From Monocercomonoides exilis PA203 (Eukaryota; Protista; Preaxostyla): 64,000 nt of DNA. Below the pieces are notes generated by a model. It made no database searches. It was not told where the DNA came from and worked only from the letters and a program-made list of their open reading frames with translations. The stretch is taken from NCBI GenBank assembly GCA_001643675.2, contig LSRY02000019.1, positions 930,001 to 994,000 on the forward strand, read 5' to 3'. Shown one piece after another: positions 13,973 to 26,557 of this stretch (positions within the stretch are counted from its first letter, which is position 1; each line of letters starts with the position of its first letter). Made by a program: the position numbers and the translations under genes.

Positions 13973-14979
13973 ATGAATTTAAACAGTACACCGGCGGAGA
14001 ATATAAACGACAAAAAGCAGATTCAACCTAAAAAACATCGTGATCCAGAGGATAAGGATAAGAACGGACAAAAGGAGGAAATGAGAAGCATCAAAGAGGG
14101 GAAAAAACAGATGAATTGGGATCTACAGATAACAAAATAACGCTTAGCAATAAGGATGAGGGAACAAAGACTTCAGATTGGTTCTCCGAAAATATAGCAA
14201 AGCTGAAAGAATGGATGGATTGTTTTAAAGATTTATTAAAAGATGGATATGCAACTGCTTCACAATTTATAACTGAAATTAAACCAATTATTATAAAATG
14301 GAAGTGGTTATTAATTATTATCGGAACAATATTCGTATATTTCATTTCGATAATATGCGCAGAATTTGATGAAAAAACAACAGTTAAGAAGCAAATAGAA
14401 GACTTCAATTATGGAAAACCGAGGCTAATGAATACTGGCAATGTAGATATCGATGCGAATGAATTCACACTGGCAATGAAGTGGATTCAATCTACGAAAA
14501 CAAATCCACCAGAATGGATGAGGCATAGCAATACAATATCTGGCAAGAATGGAAAAACAATTGCAATGCTTTTGATTGAAAATGTTAAAACAGATCCACC
14601 AAAATGGATGAGGCATAGCAATACAATATCAGACAAGAATAATAAGACAATGGCAATGTATTGGATTGAAAATTTGAAAGCAGAACCCCCAAAATGGATG
14701 CGGCATTACAATGCACTTTCCGATGAGAATGGAAAGACATTGGCCATGCTTTGGATTGAAAATGTTAAAACAGATCCACCAAAATGGATGCGTCACAGCA
14801 TTTCATTTGCTGACAAGAATAATAAGACAATGGCCATGTTTTGGATAAGATTTGTCAAATCAGAACCACCAAGGTGGATGAGGCATGATGATTCACTTGC
14901 TGATCAGGATGGAATGACAATAACATCGTATTGGAAGATTTTTGTTGGGGATAGCCTGCCATATTGGATGAAACCCTAA
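13973..14979 (+). CDS. PP.WMRH 30-aa repeat protein with an N-proximal transmembrane helix; one frameshift near 14100
   Basis: ORF 14116-14979 has ~6 repeats (D..G.T.AM.WI..VKT.PP.WMRH) and the hydrophobic stretch WLLIIIGTIFVYFISIICA. The upstream ATG at 13973 reads DPEDKDKNGQKEEMRSI, resembling the paralog's DPTAIDEDGRTEAMRWI, but is out of frame at GGGGAAAAAA. Confidence 0.7.
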
Positions 14980-16003
14980 ATTTCAATTGAAATAAAAAAA
15001 TTTTTTGAAGAAGGAATTTCAGCTTTTTAATGAGAAACTACTGTTTCATGGTTATATGAATTATCATATAGGCACATCTATTTTTTAAAGATTGCTACCC
15101 TAAGTCAATGAAGTTACTTTTCATAATGAGTAATTATTCACAATTCGAAATAAGAAAAGCGAGCATCCAAAACTTTTAAATTATTTTTTATTTTTTGTAT
15201 CTCATCTTTCAATTTGTATTAATTTATTTTTTTTTATTACCAATTATTTGAAACACATGTCTGCTTTTCATTTTCGGTTAATAATTAAAAAATTTACTGA
15301 AAAAAATTATTGAAACACAATTTTTTCAAACTTTATGAAAAATTACAGGCTTCAATTTGAATCCAAAAAATGTAATGAGTTGAAAAGCGAATCAAATTCT
15401 TTTTATCTTTAGTGCTCATTTTTTGCAAATGAAGAAGATAGAGTTTTTTTTTTTGACAGAAGTCATATAATTTTTCAAAAGAAAACTGATGTAAAAATAA
15501 CAATGAAATACGCAAAATGAAGAGCAAGAAAATAAAAAAAAAGATTTTTTTGAAATGACAAATATATAACAACCATAATTAAGATTTGTTTCATTTTTTG
15601 ATAAATTGTTTTAAACTTCCTGTGATTTGATAACAGAAATGGTTTAAAAAGAATTACAGTATTTTTGTGAAAGGAAAATACTGTTTCGCAAATTCTCTTT
15701 CTTTTCACAATTTGTCATTAAAAGGGTCAGCTGTGATTTTGATAAGGAAAACATTTTTCTATATCCATTTTGATATTGTTGTTCAAAGTTTGAAAAATGT
15801 AATTTATAGCAAATTAAAAAATTTTTTTATTCAAATAAAAAAAATTCTTATTTTAACTTATTTTTTGTTGTATTTGGCTAAAAAATTAAAAAACAAGAAA
15901 AAAACAAATAAAATCAAAAATTGTTACAAATGAAAAGTGGAAATACAAAATATTTGCAATATTTGGATCAATGAATGTATTTATTAATTTGCTCATTAAG
16001 TGT

Positions 16004-19000
16004 TTAAGATAATCCAAGCAAAAATAACAAAACATGTGCAAGAAAATCATAAATTTTCTTTTTGAAACCAGTTTGCATCCAACGAGGTGGTCTTGTTTTT
16101 ATACTTGTTTTCCAATAATCCGCCATTCTTCTTTTTCTTTTATCACGAAGTTTGACTTCGTGCCTCATCCATTCAGGTGGTTCTGCTTTGGCATATCTTA
16201 TATAGTGCATTGCCAAAGTTGCTCCATCCTGATCAGAGAGTGTACTGTCATGTCTCATCCATTCTGGTGGTTCTATCCTCACAAGTTCAATCCAATGCAT
16301 CGCCATTGTTTTCTCTTTTTTGTCACCAAGAGTGATATCATGTCTCATCCATTCGGGTGGATCTGTTTTGACTTCTTTTATCCAATGCATGGCCATAGTT
16401 GATCCGTTCTTATCACCAAGTGTTATGCCGTGTCTCATCCATTCCGGTGGATCTGTTTTAACTTCTTTTATCCATATCATTGCCGATGTGAATCCATCCA
16501 AATTTTTCAGAGAAATGTCATGTCTCATCCATTCGGGTGGATCTGTTTTGATTTCTTTTATCCAATGCATGACCATCGTACATTTATCCTTATCACTAAG
16601 GATGTTACAATGTCTCATCCATTCTGGTGGTTCTATCCTCACAAGTTCAATCCAATGCATCGCCATTGTTTTCTCTTTTTTGTCACCAAGAGTGATATCA
16701 TGTCTCATCCATTCGGGTGGATCTGTTTTGACTTCTTTTATCCAATGCATGGCCATAGTTGATCCGTTCTTATCACCAAGTGTTATGCCGTGTCTCATCC
16801 ATTCCGGTGGATCTGTTTTAACTTCTTTTATCCATATCATTGCCGATGTGAATCCATCCAAATTTTTCAGAGAAATGTCATGTCTCATCCATTCGGGTGG
16901 ATCTGTTTTGATTTCTTTTATCCAATGCATGACCATCGTACATTTATCCTTATCACTAAGGATGTTACAATGTCTCATCCATTCTGGTGGTTCTATCCTC
17001 ACAAGTTCAATCCAATGCATCGCCATTGTTTTTCTCTTTTTGTCACCAAGAGTGATATCATGTCTCATCCATTCGGGTGGATCTGTTTTGACTTCTTTTA
17101 TCCAATGCATGGCCATAGTTGATCCGTTCTTATCACCAAGTGTTATGCCGTGTCTCATCCATTCCGGTGGATCTGTTTTAACTTCTTTTATCCATATCAT
17201 TGCCGATGTGAATCCATCCAAATTTTTCAGAGAAATGTCATGTCTCATCCATTCGGGTGGATCTGTTTTGATTTCTTTTATCCAATGCATGACCATCGTA
17301 CATTTATCCTTATCACTAAGGATGTTACAATGTCTCATCCATTCTGGTGGTTCTATCCTCACAAGTTCAATCCAATGCATCGCCATTGTTTTCTCTTTTT
17401 TGTCACCAAGAGTGATATCATGTCTCATCCATTCGGGTGGATCTGTTTTGACTTCTTTTATCCAATGCATGGCCATAGTTGATCCGTTCTTATCACCAAG
17501 TGTTATGCCGTGTCTCATCCATTCCGGTGGATCTGTTTTAACTTCTTTTATCCATATCATTGCCGATGTGAATCCATCCAAATTTTTCAGAGAAATGTCA
17601 TGTCTCATCCATTCGGGTGGATCTGTTTTGATTTCTTTTATCCAATGCATGACCATCGTACATTTATCCTTATCACTAAGGATGTTACAATGTCTCATCC
17701 ATTCTGGTGGTTCTATCCTCACAAGTTCAATCCAATGCATCGCCATTGTTTTCTCTTTTGTCACCAAGAGTGATATCATGTCTCATCCATTCGGGTGGAT
17801 CTGTTTTGACTTCTTTTATCCAATGCATGGCCATAGTTGATCCGTTCTTATCACCAAGTGTTATGCCGTGTCTCATCCATTCCGGTGGATCTGTTTTAAC
17901 TTCTTTTATCCATATCATTGCCGATGTGAATCCATCCAAATTTTTCAGAGAAATGTCATGTCTCATCCATTCGGGTGGATCTGTTTTGATTTCTTTTATC
18001 CAATGCATGACCATCGTACATTTATCCTTATCACTAAGGATGTTACAATGTCTCATCCATTCTGGTGGTTCTATCCTCACAAGTTCAATCCAATGCATCG
18101 CCATTGTTTTCTCTTTTTTGTCACCAAGAGTGATATCATGTCTCATCCATTCGGGTGGATCTGTTTTGACTTCTTTTATCCAATGCATGGCCATAGTTGA
18201 TCCGTTCTTATCACCAAGTGTTATGCCGTGTCTCATCCATTCCGGTGGATCTGTTTTAACTTCTTTTATCCATATCATTGCCGATGTGAATCCATCCAAA
18301 TTTTTCAGAGAAATGTCATGTCTCATCCATTCGGGTGGATCTGTTTTGATTTCTTTTATCCAATGCATGACCATCGTACATTTATCCTTATCACTAAGGA
18401 TGTTACAATGTCTCATCCATTCTGGTGGTTCTATCCTCACAAGTTCAATCCAATGCATCGCCATTGTTTTCTCTTTTTTGTCACCAAGAGTGATATCATG
18501 TCTCATCCATTCGGGTGGATCTGTTTTGACTTCTTTTATCCAATGCATGGCCATAGTTGATCCGTTCTTATCACCAAGTGTTATGCCGTGTCTCATCCAT
18601 TCCGGTGGATCTGTTTTAACTTCTTTTATCCATATCATTGCCGATGTGAATCCATCCAAATTTTTCAGAGAAATGTCATGTCTCATCCATTCGGGTGGAT
18701 CTGTTTTGATTTCTTTTATCCAATGCATGACCATCGTACATTTATCCTTATCACTAAGGATGTTACAATGTCTCATCCATTCTGGTGGTTCTATCCTCAC
18801 AAGTTCAATCCAATGCATCGCCATTGTTTTCTCTTTTTTGTCACCAAGAGTGATATCATGTCTCATCCATTCGGGTGGATCTGTTTTGACTTCTTTTATC
18901 CAATGCATGGCCATAGTTGATCCGTTCTTATCACCAAGTGTTATGCCGTGTCTCATCCATTCCGGTGGATCTGTTTTAACTTCTTTTATCCATATCATTG

Positions 19001-20534
19001 CCGATGTGAATCCATCCAAATTTTTCAGAGAAATGTCATGTCTCATCCATTCGGGTGGATCTGTTTTGATTTCTTTTATCCAATGCATGACCATCGTACA
19101 TTTATCCTTATCACTAAGGATGTTACAATGTCTCATCCATTCTGGTGGTTCTATCCTCACAAGTTCAATCCAATGCATCGCCATTGTTTTCTCTTTTTTG
19201 TCACCAAGAGTGATATCATGTCTCATCCATTCGGGTGGATCTGTTTTGACTTCTTTTATCCAATGCATGGCCATAGTTGATCCGTTCTTATCACCAAGTG
19301 TTATGCCGTGTCTCATCCATTCCGGTGGATCTGTTTTTGCATTCTCAATCCAGTACATGGCCATTGTCTTTCCTTTGTTATCAGAAAGTTTGTTGTCATG
19401 CCTCATCCATTCGGGTGGATCTGTTTTGACTTCTTTTATCCAATGCATAGCCTCTGTTCTTCTATTCAAGTCACCATGCATGTTATTATGTCTCAGTCTT
19501 TTTGGCGGATCTGTTTTTGCATTCTCAATCCAGTACATGGCCATTGTCTTTCCTTTGTTATCAGAAAGTTTGTTGTCATGCCTCATCCATTCGGGTGGAT
19601 CTGTTTTGACTTCTTTTATCCAATGCATAGCCTCTGTTCTTCTATTCAAGTCACCATGCATGTTATTATGTCTCAGTCTTTTTGGCGGATCTGTTTTCAC
19701 ATGTTTGATCCAGTGCATTGCTATTGTAAGCCCTTCTTTATCCCCAATAGTTTTTTCATGTCGAATGCATTTTGGTGGAATTGTTTTCACATGTTTGATC
19801 CAGTGCATTACCATTGTTATCCCTTCTTTATCACCATATGTTTTATCATGTCTAATGCTTTCAGGTGGAATTGTTTTCACATGTTTGATCCAAAGCATTG
19901 CCATTGTTTTCCCTTCTTTATCCCCAAGTGTGGTGTCGTGTTTCATCCATTCTTTCGGCTTGGTCTTAACCTCTTGTATCCAATTCATTGCGATTGTTTT
20001 CCCTTCTTTATCCCTTTGCATTTTTTCATGTCTCATCCATTTCGGTGGTTCTGCTTTCACATACTTGATCCACTGCATTGCCATTGTTTTCCCTTCGCAA
20101 TTACCAAGTGTGATATCGTGTCTCATCCATTTCGGCGGTTCTGTTTGAACATTTTCAATCCACTGCATTGCCATTGTATTTCCTTCTTTGTCTGCAAGTG
20201 TTACATCATGTCTTATTTCTTCTGGTGGTTCTGTTTTTATCCAATATATCCAGAACATTGCCAAAGTCCATCCATTTTTATCAGTAAGTGTATTTTCGTG
20301 TATCAAACTTTCTGGCGTTTTAAATCTTAAGAGATGAAAAACTTTCAATGCAATTGTCCTCTTCCATTTTGCATTATATCTGATTTGTTTAGGTGGCATT
20401 GACTTTTTGGAAACAATCCAACGCATTGCTTCTGTTCTTCCATCTTCATCGATAGCTGTTGGATCACAATTCTTTTCCGATGAATCAGCTTGCTTTTTAG
20501 TTTTAGAACTCCAAAAACATATCCAATTGCCCAT
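16004..20534 (-). CDS. Large (~1510 aa) PPEWMRH 30-aa tandem-repeat protein (divergent ankyrin-like?), split by a 2-nt deletion at ~17755
   Basis: ORFs 17727-20534 and 16004-17779 are the same repeat array, offset by loss of two T in a T-run. N-terminus MGNWICFW; C-terminus hydrophobic (FLAHVLLFLLGLS); intronless. Confidence 0.85.
16250..19335. repeat. Near-perfect 360-bp tandem array (~8.5 copies; each 4 x 90 bp), followed by a 180-bp duplication to ~19695
   Basis: Identical sequence recurs every 360 nt (16261, 16621, 16981, 17341, 17701, then shifted by -2). Confidence 0.97.
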
Positions 20535-20645
20535 TTTCTAAGTAATTCACACAAAAATTCAATTGTTAAAAAATATATATATTTTCTAATAATATATTCG
20601 ATCGAAATTTGAATTTAATATAGGGCAAATTTTTTGTATTTGGGG

Positions 20646-22114
20646 CAAAATTTTCGGCAAATGGGTAATATACCGGTACATCAGAATTGGCTATATTTTA
20701 CGATAAAAGTATTTATCATAGTATTATATTTATTCATACAAAATATCAGAGTGAGGAAATCATTCTGTGTTGAAATAAAAAATTTTCAAAATAATAATAA
20801 AAAATCATTCTGGGACATGATATTTTTATATATAAATAATGAAAAAAATATTTGAAAATGCAATGAAAAATTATTCTGAAGGGCTTTATTCAGTCGAACT
20901 TTCTCCGTCTCCTGCTCCAAATGGATCAAAATCATCATCTTCTTTAATTTCAGGAAGAATATCATCTGCATCTGTGATTTATTCTTCAACCATTTCTTCA
21001 ATATTATCATTTTCCTCTTCGATCAATTCAACAGGTTCATAATGAATCAACTCTTTCATCACATCTTCAAACTCAAGCTTCAATGAACTTTTCACCGAAA
21101 ACATTGCAATCTGATCGGCGAGATATTTTATTCTCATTCCGGACTGAGGAAAAGATGATTTTAAATGCTTCCATAACCCTTCAATTGTGTTTGTGCAAGC
21201 CTTATTCTCTTTATTGAAGAATTCCCGCTTGTGGCGGACTGTTTCATGTAAATAACCAAACGTACTCAAACATTGGTAAGCTTTCCATTCGTCAGAATAT
21301 ATCTTTGTTCCGAATTTGATGTGATCCAGAATTATCGGAATCAGTGTATCTTTGGTTCTGTCTTGTACTATCATCAAAAATCTATCACCTGCTCCTCCAC
21401 CTTCCAACCTTTCGACTCCTCCAAAAATCCAAATCAATTTCTTCTTTTTTCCTTTATGGTATTTCCTTCTTCTCCAGACTGCTTCGTCTATCTCCACAAT
21501 CTTCCCCTCTCCTCCGATTTTGTGCTGGTTTCTGTTCCAAATCCGCATGCAACAGCACCTCATTGCACTAGCCCAATATGATATTGTTTTTCTGTTTACG
21601 GACAATAACATTAAAACAGTTTTGATTGGGATTTTCAACCAGAGATATAGTAATACAAGCAGAGTAATTCCAAGGGGCTTTTTCATATTTTCTAATACTG
21701 TTCCTTCATGAACGGAACTTTTGAATTTACTGCATCTGGGACAAATCCAATATCTGTATCCTTCTTCCATTCTGCAATTTTTTTCTATTTTGTGTATTCG
21801 ACATATTGGTGCAATTCCATCTCGCAGCACTGTGAAATACCAATTCCATGCTTTCTCTTTGTCATAAATTGAGCGATTCATCAATGAAATTGTTCTATCT
21901 TTCAAGATCAAATTTGGTTCAGCCATGACAAAATATTGTTCCTTCCCTTAAATTGTTAAAATTTTTTTGATCATAATATTTTCAAAAATTTTTTGAACGA
22001 GTTTCCGCACAAAATTAACAAGTTTAAATAGCATAATAATATATTACAAATTGTTATTTATAGATTGGAAGTGCTTTTGAATGTTCCTGTATAATACCCT
22101 TTTGCCAAATTTTC
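20646..22114 (-). mobile_element. Merlin transposon with imperfect TIRs
   Basis: GGCAAATGGGTAATATACCGGTACAT (20656-20681) is an imperfect inverted match to ATGTTCCTGTATAATACCCTTTTGCC (22081-22106). Exact ends and TSD unresolved. Confidence 0.6.
20979..21926 (-). CDS. Merlin / IS1595-family (ISXO2-like) DDE transposase
   Basis: N-terminal CxxC...CxxC zinc ribbon; VEIDE, RRKYHKG, WIFGGVER, DRTKDTLIPII, IYSDEWKAY, HETVRH and TNTIEGLWKHLK motifs. Intact 315-aa ORF. Confidence 0.92.
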   Translation of the reverse strand: MAEPNLILKDRTISLMNRSIYDKEKAWNWYFTVLRDGIAPICRIHKIEKNCRMEEGYRYWICPRCSKFKSSVHEGTVLENMKKPLGITLLVLLYLWLKIPIKTVLMLLSVNRKTISYWASAMRCCCMRIWNRNQHKIGGEGKIVEIDEAVWRRRKYHKGKKKKLIWIFGGVERLEGGGAGDRFLMIVQDRTKDTLIPIILDHIKFGTKIYSDEWKAYQCLSTFGYLHETVRHKREFFNKENKACTNTIEGLWKHLKSSFPQSGMRIKYLADQIAMFSVKSSLKLEFEDVMKELIHYEPVELIEEENDNIEEMVEE

Positions 22115-22235
22115 TTGTTCCAAATTTTGTTCCACCCGTCATTTAAACAAAATTTTCAATATGTAATTTAATTATACACTTATTTATTTTTTTATTTTTA
22201 TTTTTATGAAAATTTTGATAACAAATATTAATTTA

Positions 22236-22341
22236 CCTGGGAAACTGATTCTGGACCCAAGTCCTTCAAGTTTCTCAATTAGTAAAAAAGAATTAAGAAA
22301 CAGGATTGAATCAGTCTAGTCCTCAGCCGAATATAATTCGG
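22236..22341 (-). ncRNA. Candidate structured RNA motif, copy A
   Basis: Aligns with 40515-40622: conserved linkers, with stems of different sequence that still pair. Confidence 0.6.
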
Positions 22342-23045
22342 ATTCATTGGATAAGCATAAACAAATATTTATTATTTCTTAGTTAATTGGGTGATTTTTT
22401 TGTAATCATAAAAAAAGATCAAAAATCGAAAAAATAAAATCGATTGTGGCATTTTTTGATCAAAGAGTTAAATCAATTTTTTTTTGTAAGTATTTAGCTT
22501 CAATTTTTGTAACATATATTTGTTTTATTTCCTTTTGCAAAAAACATACCTCTTTTATGTTTTTTATGAAAGAGAATTTTTTGATCAAGTTTAATAAAAA
22601 TTGACTTAAAATAAATGAATAAAACTTCAGAAAAATAATTGAAGATTCAAGACAAACTTAGCAATACCAACAATTGGAAAATTAAAACAAAAAACATCGG
22701 AAAAGTTTGAAATTTGTAAAAAATAATAATTTTTGATTTTCAAAAAAAGACAATAGTTTATCGCCTTTAATTTATTTCGTTTCAACATTACGAATTATCC
22801 GTTCCAGTTTAGTGTTTCAGTGACTGGATGGAATTGTGGAAAAGAAAATATCGTCAAGAACGATAGCTGATGCAGATTCTTTATCTATTTCTCTCTCTTT
22901 TCCTGATCTTATAACTTATACACTTTTATCTCCATCCCCTTTGTTCTTCATCCAAAATACTCCATTATTGTTTCTTTAACATTCTCATTCTACATACTCA
23001 CTATATCTCTCCTTAATTCACAAAGGAATTCATTCCGCTCATCCT

Positions 23046-23640
23046 TTGCTTCCTCTTCTTTCTTCTTTTATTTCTTCATTAATTGCCACCTCCCCAGCCC
23101 TCTCCCTCTCCCTCGCCAACTGCACCATCACCAACATAGACACAGCTCCACAAAGCCAACAGACTGCCGCCAATGGCGGGTGCATCTCATTCGCCTCATC
23201 TGCCCCTGCCAACACATTTTCTGTGAACAACACCACCTTCTCCACCTGCTCTGTGAGCGAGGATACAAGTTCTGGAGGAAGAGGCGGCGCTCTCATGATC
23301 GAGTACAAGGATGATTCAGAAGTGTCATCCACAACCTTTTCCATCACCAATATCGTGTTTTCAGCCAACAAAGCCAGTGTCGGAAGTAATATGTATTTTG
23401 TTTGAGAATCCCTTGTTGCTTCTGTGAACGAGTCTTCCTTCGCCTTCATGAGAAGCATCACTCAAAAAGACAACTCGGTTGTTGGACATGATAGAACAGA
23501 GGCATTCGGAGATTGGGATGTTGACTTATTTATATTTCTCGGTTGACAATACGCAAACACGGTAGGTATTGGTAGCGTGTCTGGTGTCAAGGAAGTGAAT
23601 CGTGGTTTGGAGCAAGGATCATGTTTGAATGAGAACGACG
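23046..23640 (+). pseudogene. Fragment of beta-helix (PMP/pectin-lyase-like) surface protein family
   Basis: GGCISF, FSTCSV, GRGGALMI and FSANKASVGSNMYFV motifs, followed by stops. Confidence 0.6.
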
Positions 23641-24166
23641 GGATTGGGCTCCTGAAAAATACGCAGAAAAAGGTGGCAAAGACGAAGATAAAGGAGAAGA
23701 TAAAATAAGCAGAAGATGAAGATGAAGACGCTGTTGTAGCAACAGAATTGCCTGTCTGTTTGTTTGTGTGTGCGTTTCTTGAAAAGTGAAAAGTCTAAAA
23801 AGGAAGTTTATAAATTTTTAATTCTATTCATTCTTTTTCTTTCACTTTCTCTCTCCATCTCCTTCTCTTCCTCTCTCCTGGTTTTATTTTACCTCTCTCT
23901 ATCCCCTTCTCCAGCCTCCATTCCCTTCGCTGCTTCGTCTCTATCTTAAGATTCACTCCTTTCTTCTGCTCTTTCACTTTCGTATTCTCACTGAAGATGT
24001 CGTAAGAAGGCGCACAAGACAAAATTGGCACGCAGATTCGGCTGGCGGTGTGTTTTAATACGGCCGAATGAAAATGTGGTGGAGTTGAAGAGGAGGTTAA
24101 TGCAAGAAAGAAGAGAGGATTTCTGTTTCTGGTGATGTGAGCTTGGCTGACTAGAATAGCGAAGCT

Positions 24167-26160
24167 TCAAAGCGGTCGGTGGAGGTGTATCTGAGAAGGA
24201 AGAAATATACGAGAAGGAAGATGTGAAGGAGAAGTAGTTACAAAAGAAGGAGATACTGATAATAAAAAAGCTCTTTTGTTGATTTTGCAGAAATGAAGAA
24301 GAAGAAGAAGAAGAAGAAGAATTACAGAGGGTATTGAGAAGAACAACGCTGTCAGCTGCAACGGCGAGATCATTGGCGTTGAGATGCTGGATGGAGGAGC
24401 TTGAGCCATCGTCGAACGCGAGCAGCGGAGAGGAAGTGCTGAGGGCGGAGAGGTTGGCGTGGGAGATAAAGAATGAAGAAGTATGTAGAGCACGAAGAGT
24501 GGGGCAGGAGAGGTGGACGAAATTTTAAAAGAAGATTGATAGAAGAAGTTTTCTCATGAAAACACAAAAAAGTGCGGAGTTGAGGTGGACATACTTGTCG
24601 GCTGCAGAAAAGATGGAAGAGGATGCAGTGAGGGATCCGTCGAGAGGAGAAGAGGGAAGAGTGTGCAGATGCGAAGGAAGAGTGAAAAGAAATATTGCAG
24701 AAGGTGAGGATGCAGTTGTTGAGAAAAGCGACAACAGCAATGAGAAAGTTGCGGAAAAGAAAACAAGTACAAGATTTCCCGAGGTTTAACGACTCGGATG
24801 AAAGCAAGGGAGATCGGCGTATCGAAGAAGTGGGAGGCGAAGATTCAGAAGGCGTTGCAGATGGCGCGGGAGATATGGAGTGCAACTGTGGAGAGGAAAG
24901 CGCAGGGGGCAAGCGGGGAGCAGTACTGGCAGGAAGAGGAGTCAGTATATTATTCGACGAATATCTGGTGGGTGTAGAAGAAGGTGATGAAGGGGAGGAG
25001 GGGAGATCAAGGACGGGGACGGTGTTGGTGTGGGAGGAGTCGGAGCAGCTGATGGAGGTGTTTGTGGCGAGGGAGGGCTGGGTGAAGTCGAGGGAAAAGA
25101 GGTGCACGTTGATTTGGTAGTGGTTGCTGGAGCACTGTAGAAAGGCATCCTCATCCACGAAGGCGTCGTTCAATGCACAGCTGTGGATAAAGATAGGGAA
25201 ATGGATAGAGTATTTTCGAACTCGGTGCAGTCGACAAACATCTCGCTGCCTCTGATGGTTAAGCCGGAGCAGATGCATTATGTGAGGATTTATGATAATT
25301 TGCCCAACAGCTACTCCAGGTAAAATGGAATGAAGTATCTCCTAATATTGTTCAGCAGAATGCCCACTTGCGAGGAAATCGAAGCCCGTGTCCTCTTTCA
25401 CAAATGCCTTGTTGTCCATGATTGCCCAGAAATACTTCACAAGAGAGATCGAGCGAGACGAATCAGCTGTGTCCAACTCAAATCCGTTAAGCTTATTGAG
25501 AAAGCTCAAGTTTGCGTAGAACTTGATCCTGTTTAAATGGCTTATATCCACCACAGCCTGAAGCATGCTTCATATTGTCAACTTCTATTTGTCCTTCCTC
25601 GTATCGCATCCAGCAAACATCACATGCACAAGGGCAAACAACCTAATGGCATCGGCTGCATCCAAGAACATTTCGCCGCCCAAGCCATGGCTCTGTGCCT
25701 CACCTCTCATATCCAAGGAGGCACACTCCCAAAGGATGAGCCGTTTGTCAGCAGGACAGCCCCTGCCGCCAGCTCAGCTGAAACCCTATCCCTCTGGGTT
25801 TCGTTTGGTTCCTCATTTCCTGCACTGCATCGCCTCTTCAAACCCCTGCCATATTCACCAGCCCGCCATCTCAACTCCACTTCGGCACACGCTCAGAAAT
25901 CAATTTTCTTCATTGAACATCATTGCTGCTTTCATGCTGTATTTATAAAAACAAACTGCATGCCATATTTTATTGCATTTCGAAGTCGCTCAGGATCGGC
26001 ATTTCAGAGCTTAATAATATCTGCCTGATAAATGGTCTTTCCACATCTCAAAGTTTCCAGGTGCAACATGAGTTACGCTGTTGGTATGGCCAGTAGTATT
26101 GGAAGCTGCGCAAGTGGTAGAATGCACCAAAAGCTATTAAACTTCTGACTCAAACGATAA
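24167..26160 (-). pseudogene. Decayed fragments of the same surface protein family
   Basis: Ser-rich N-terminal-like segment (24370-25100), plus a GFE...ISLVKYF...FV...GFD...GH module at ~25340-25560. Many stops. Confidence 0.4.
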
Positions 26161-26557
26161 GTCAGAAAGATTTTTATTATCAATTGATGCAGAGTTATCA
26201 GTGAATTTAGAAGTTTAGCAAACAGGCAGATCAGCTATCGCAGCAAAGCATTGAACGATGTTGAGGTCCAGATAACAGAAGGAAGCATAAAAAAGGAGGA
26301 AGCGGAAGAAGGATTGTCAGAGAGGAAGATGATGGAAAAGAAGTGTGGATGTTTGTTAGGAAGTTGCAAAAACGCTTAGGGAACTTTTGATTTGTCTGAA
26401 GAAAAACTTCCTGAATTGCATAGATTCTTATCTTAACATTTTTTCATTAATAATTTTTCTATAACTTTTTTGGATCAAATTTTTAAATCAATATCTTATT
26501 GAGAAACATTTGTTTATTTAAAAAAAAGTGACTAACTGTTGCTGATGTGATAATGTA

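Noticed and set aside
14095-14112. Programmed -1 frameshift at GGGGAAAAAAC
   Set aside because: Not a canonical in-frame slippery heptamer and no evident stimulatory structure; a homopolymer error or mutation is more likely.
16250-19335. CRISPR-like array
   Set aside because: No unique spacers; it is a coding 90/360-bp tandem repeat.
16320-20330. Long plus-strand ORFs (506, 813, 340 aa and repeated 110 aa)
   Set aside because: Antisense shadows of the tandem repeat gene.
25330-26160. KDZ/DIRS-type element remnant
   Set aside because: No catalytic motifs recovered; fits a decayed surface-protein gene better.
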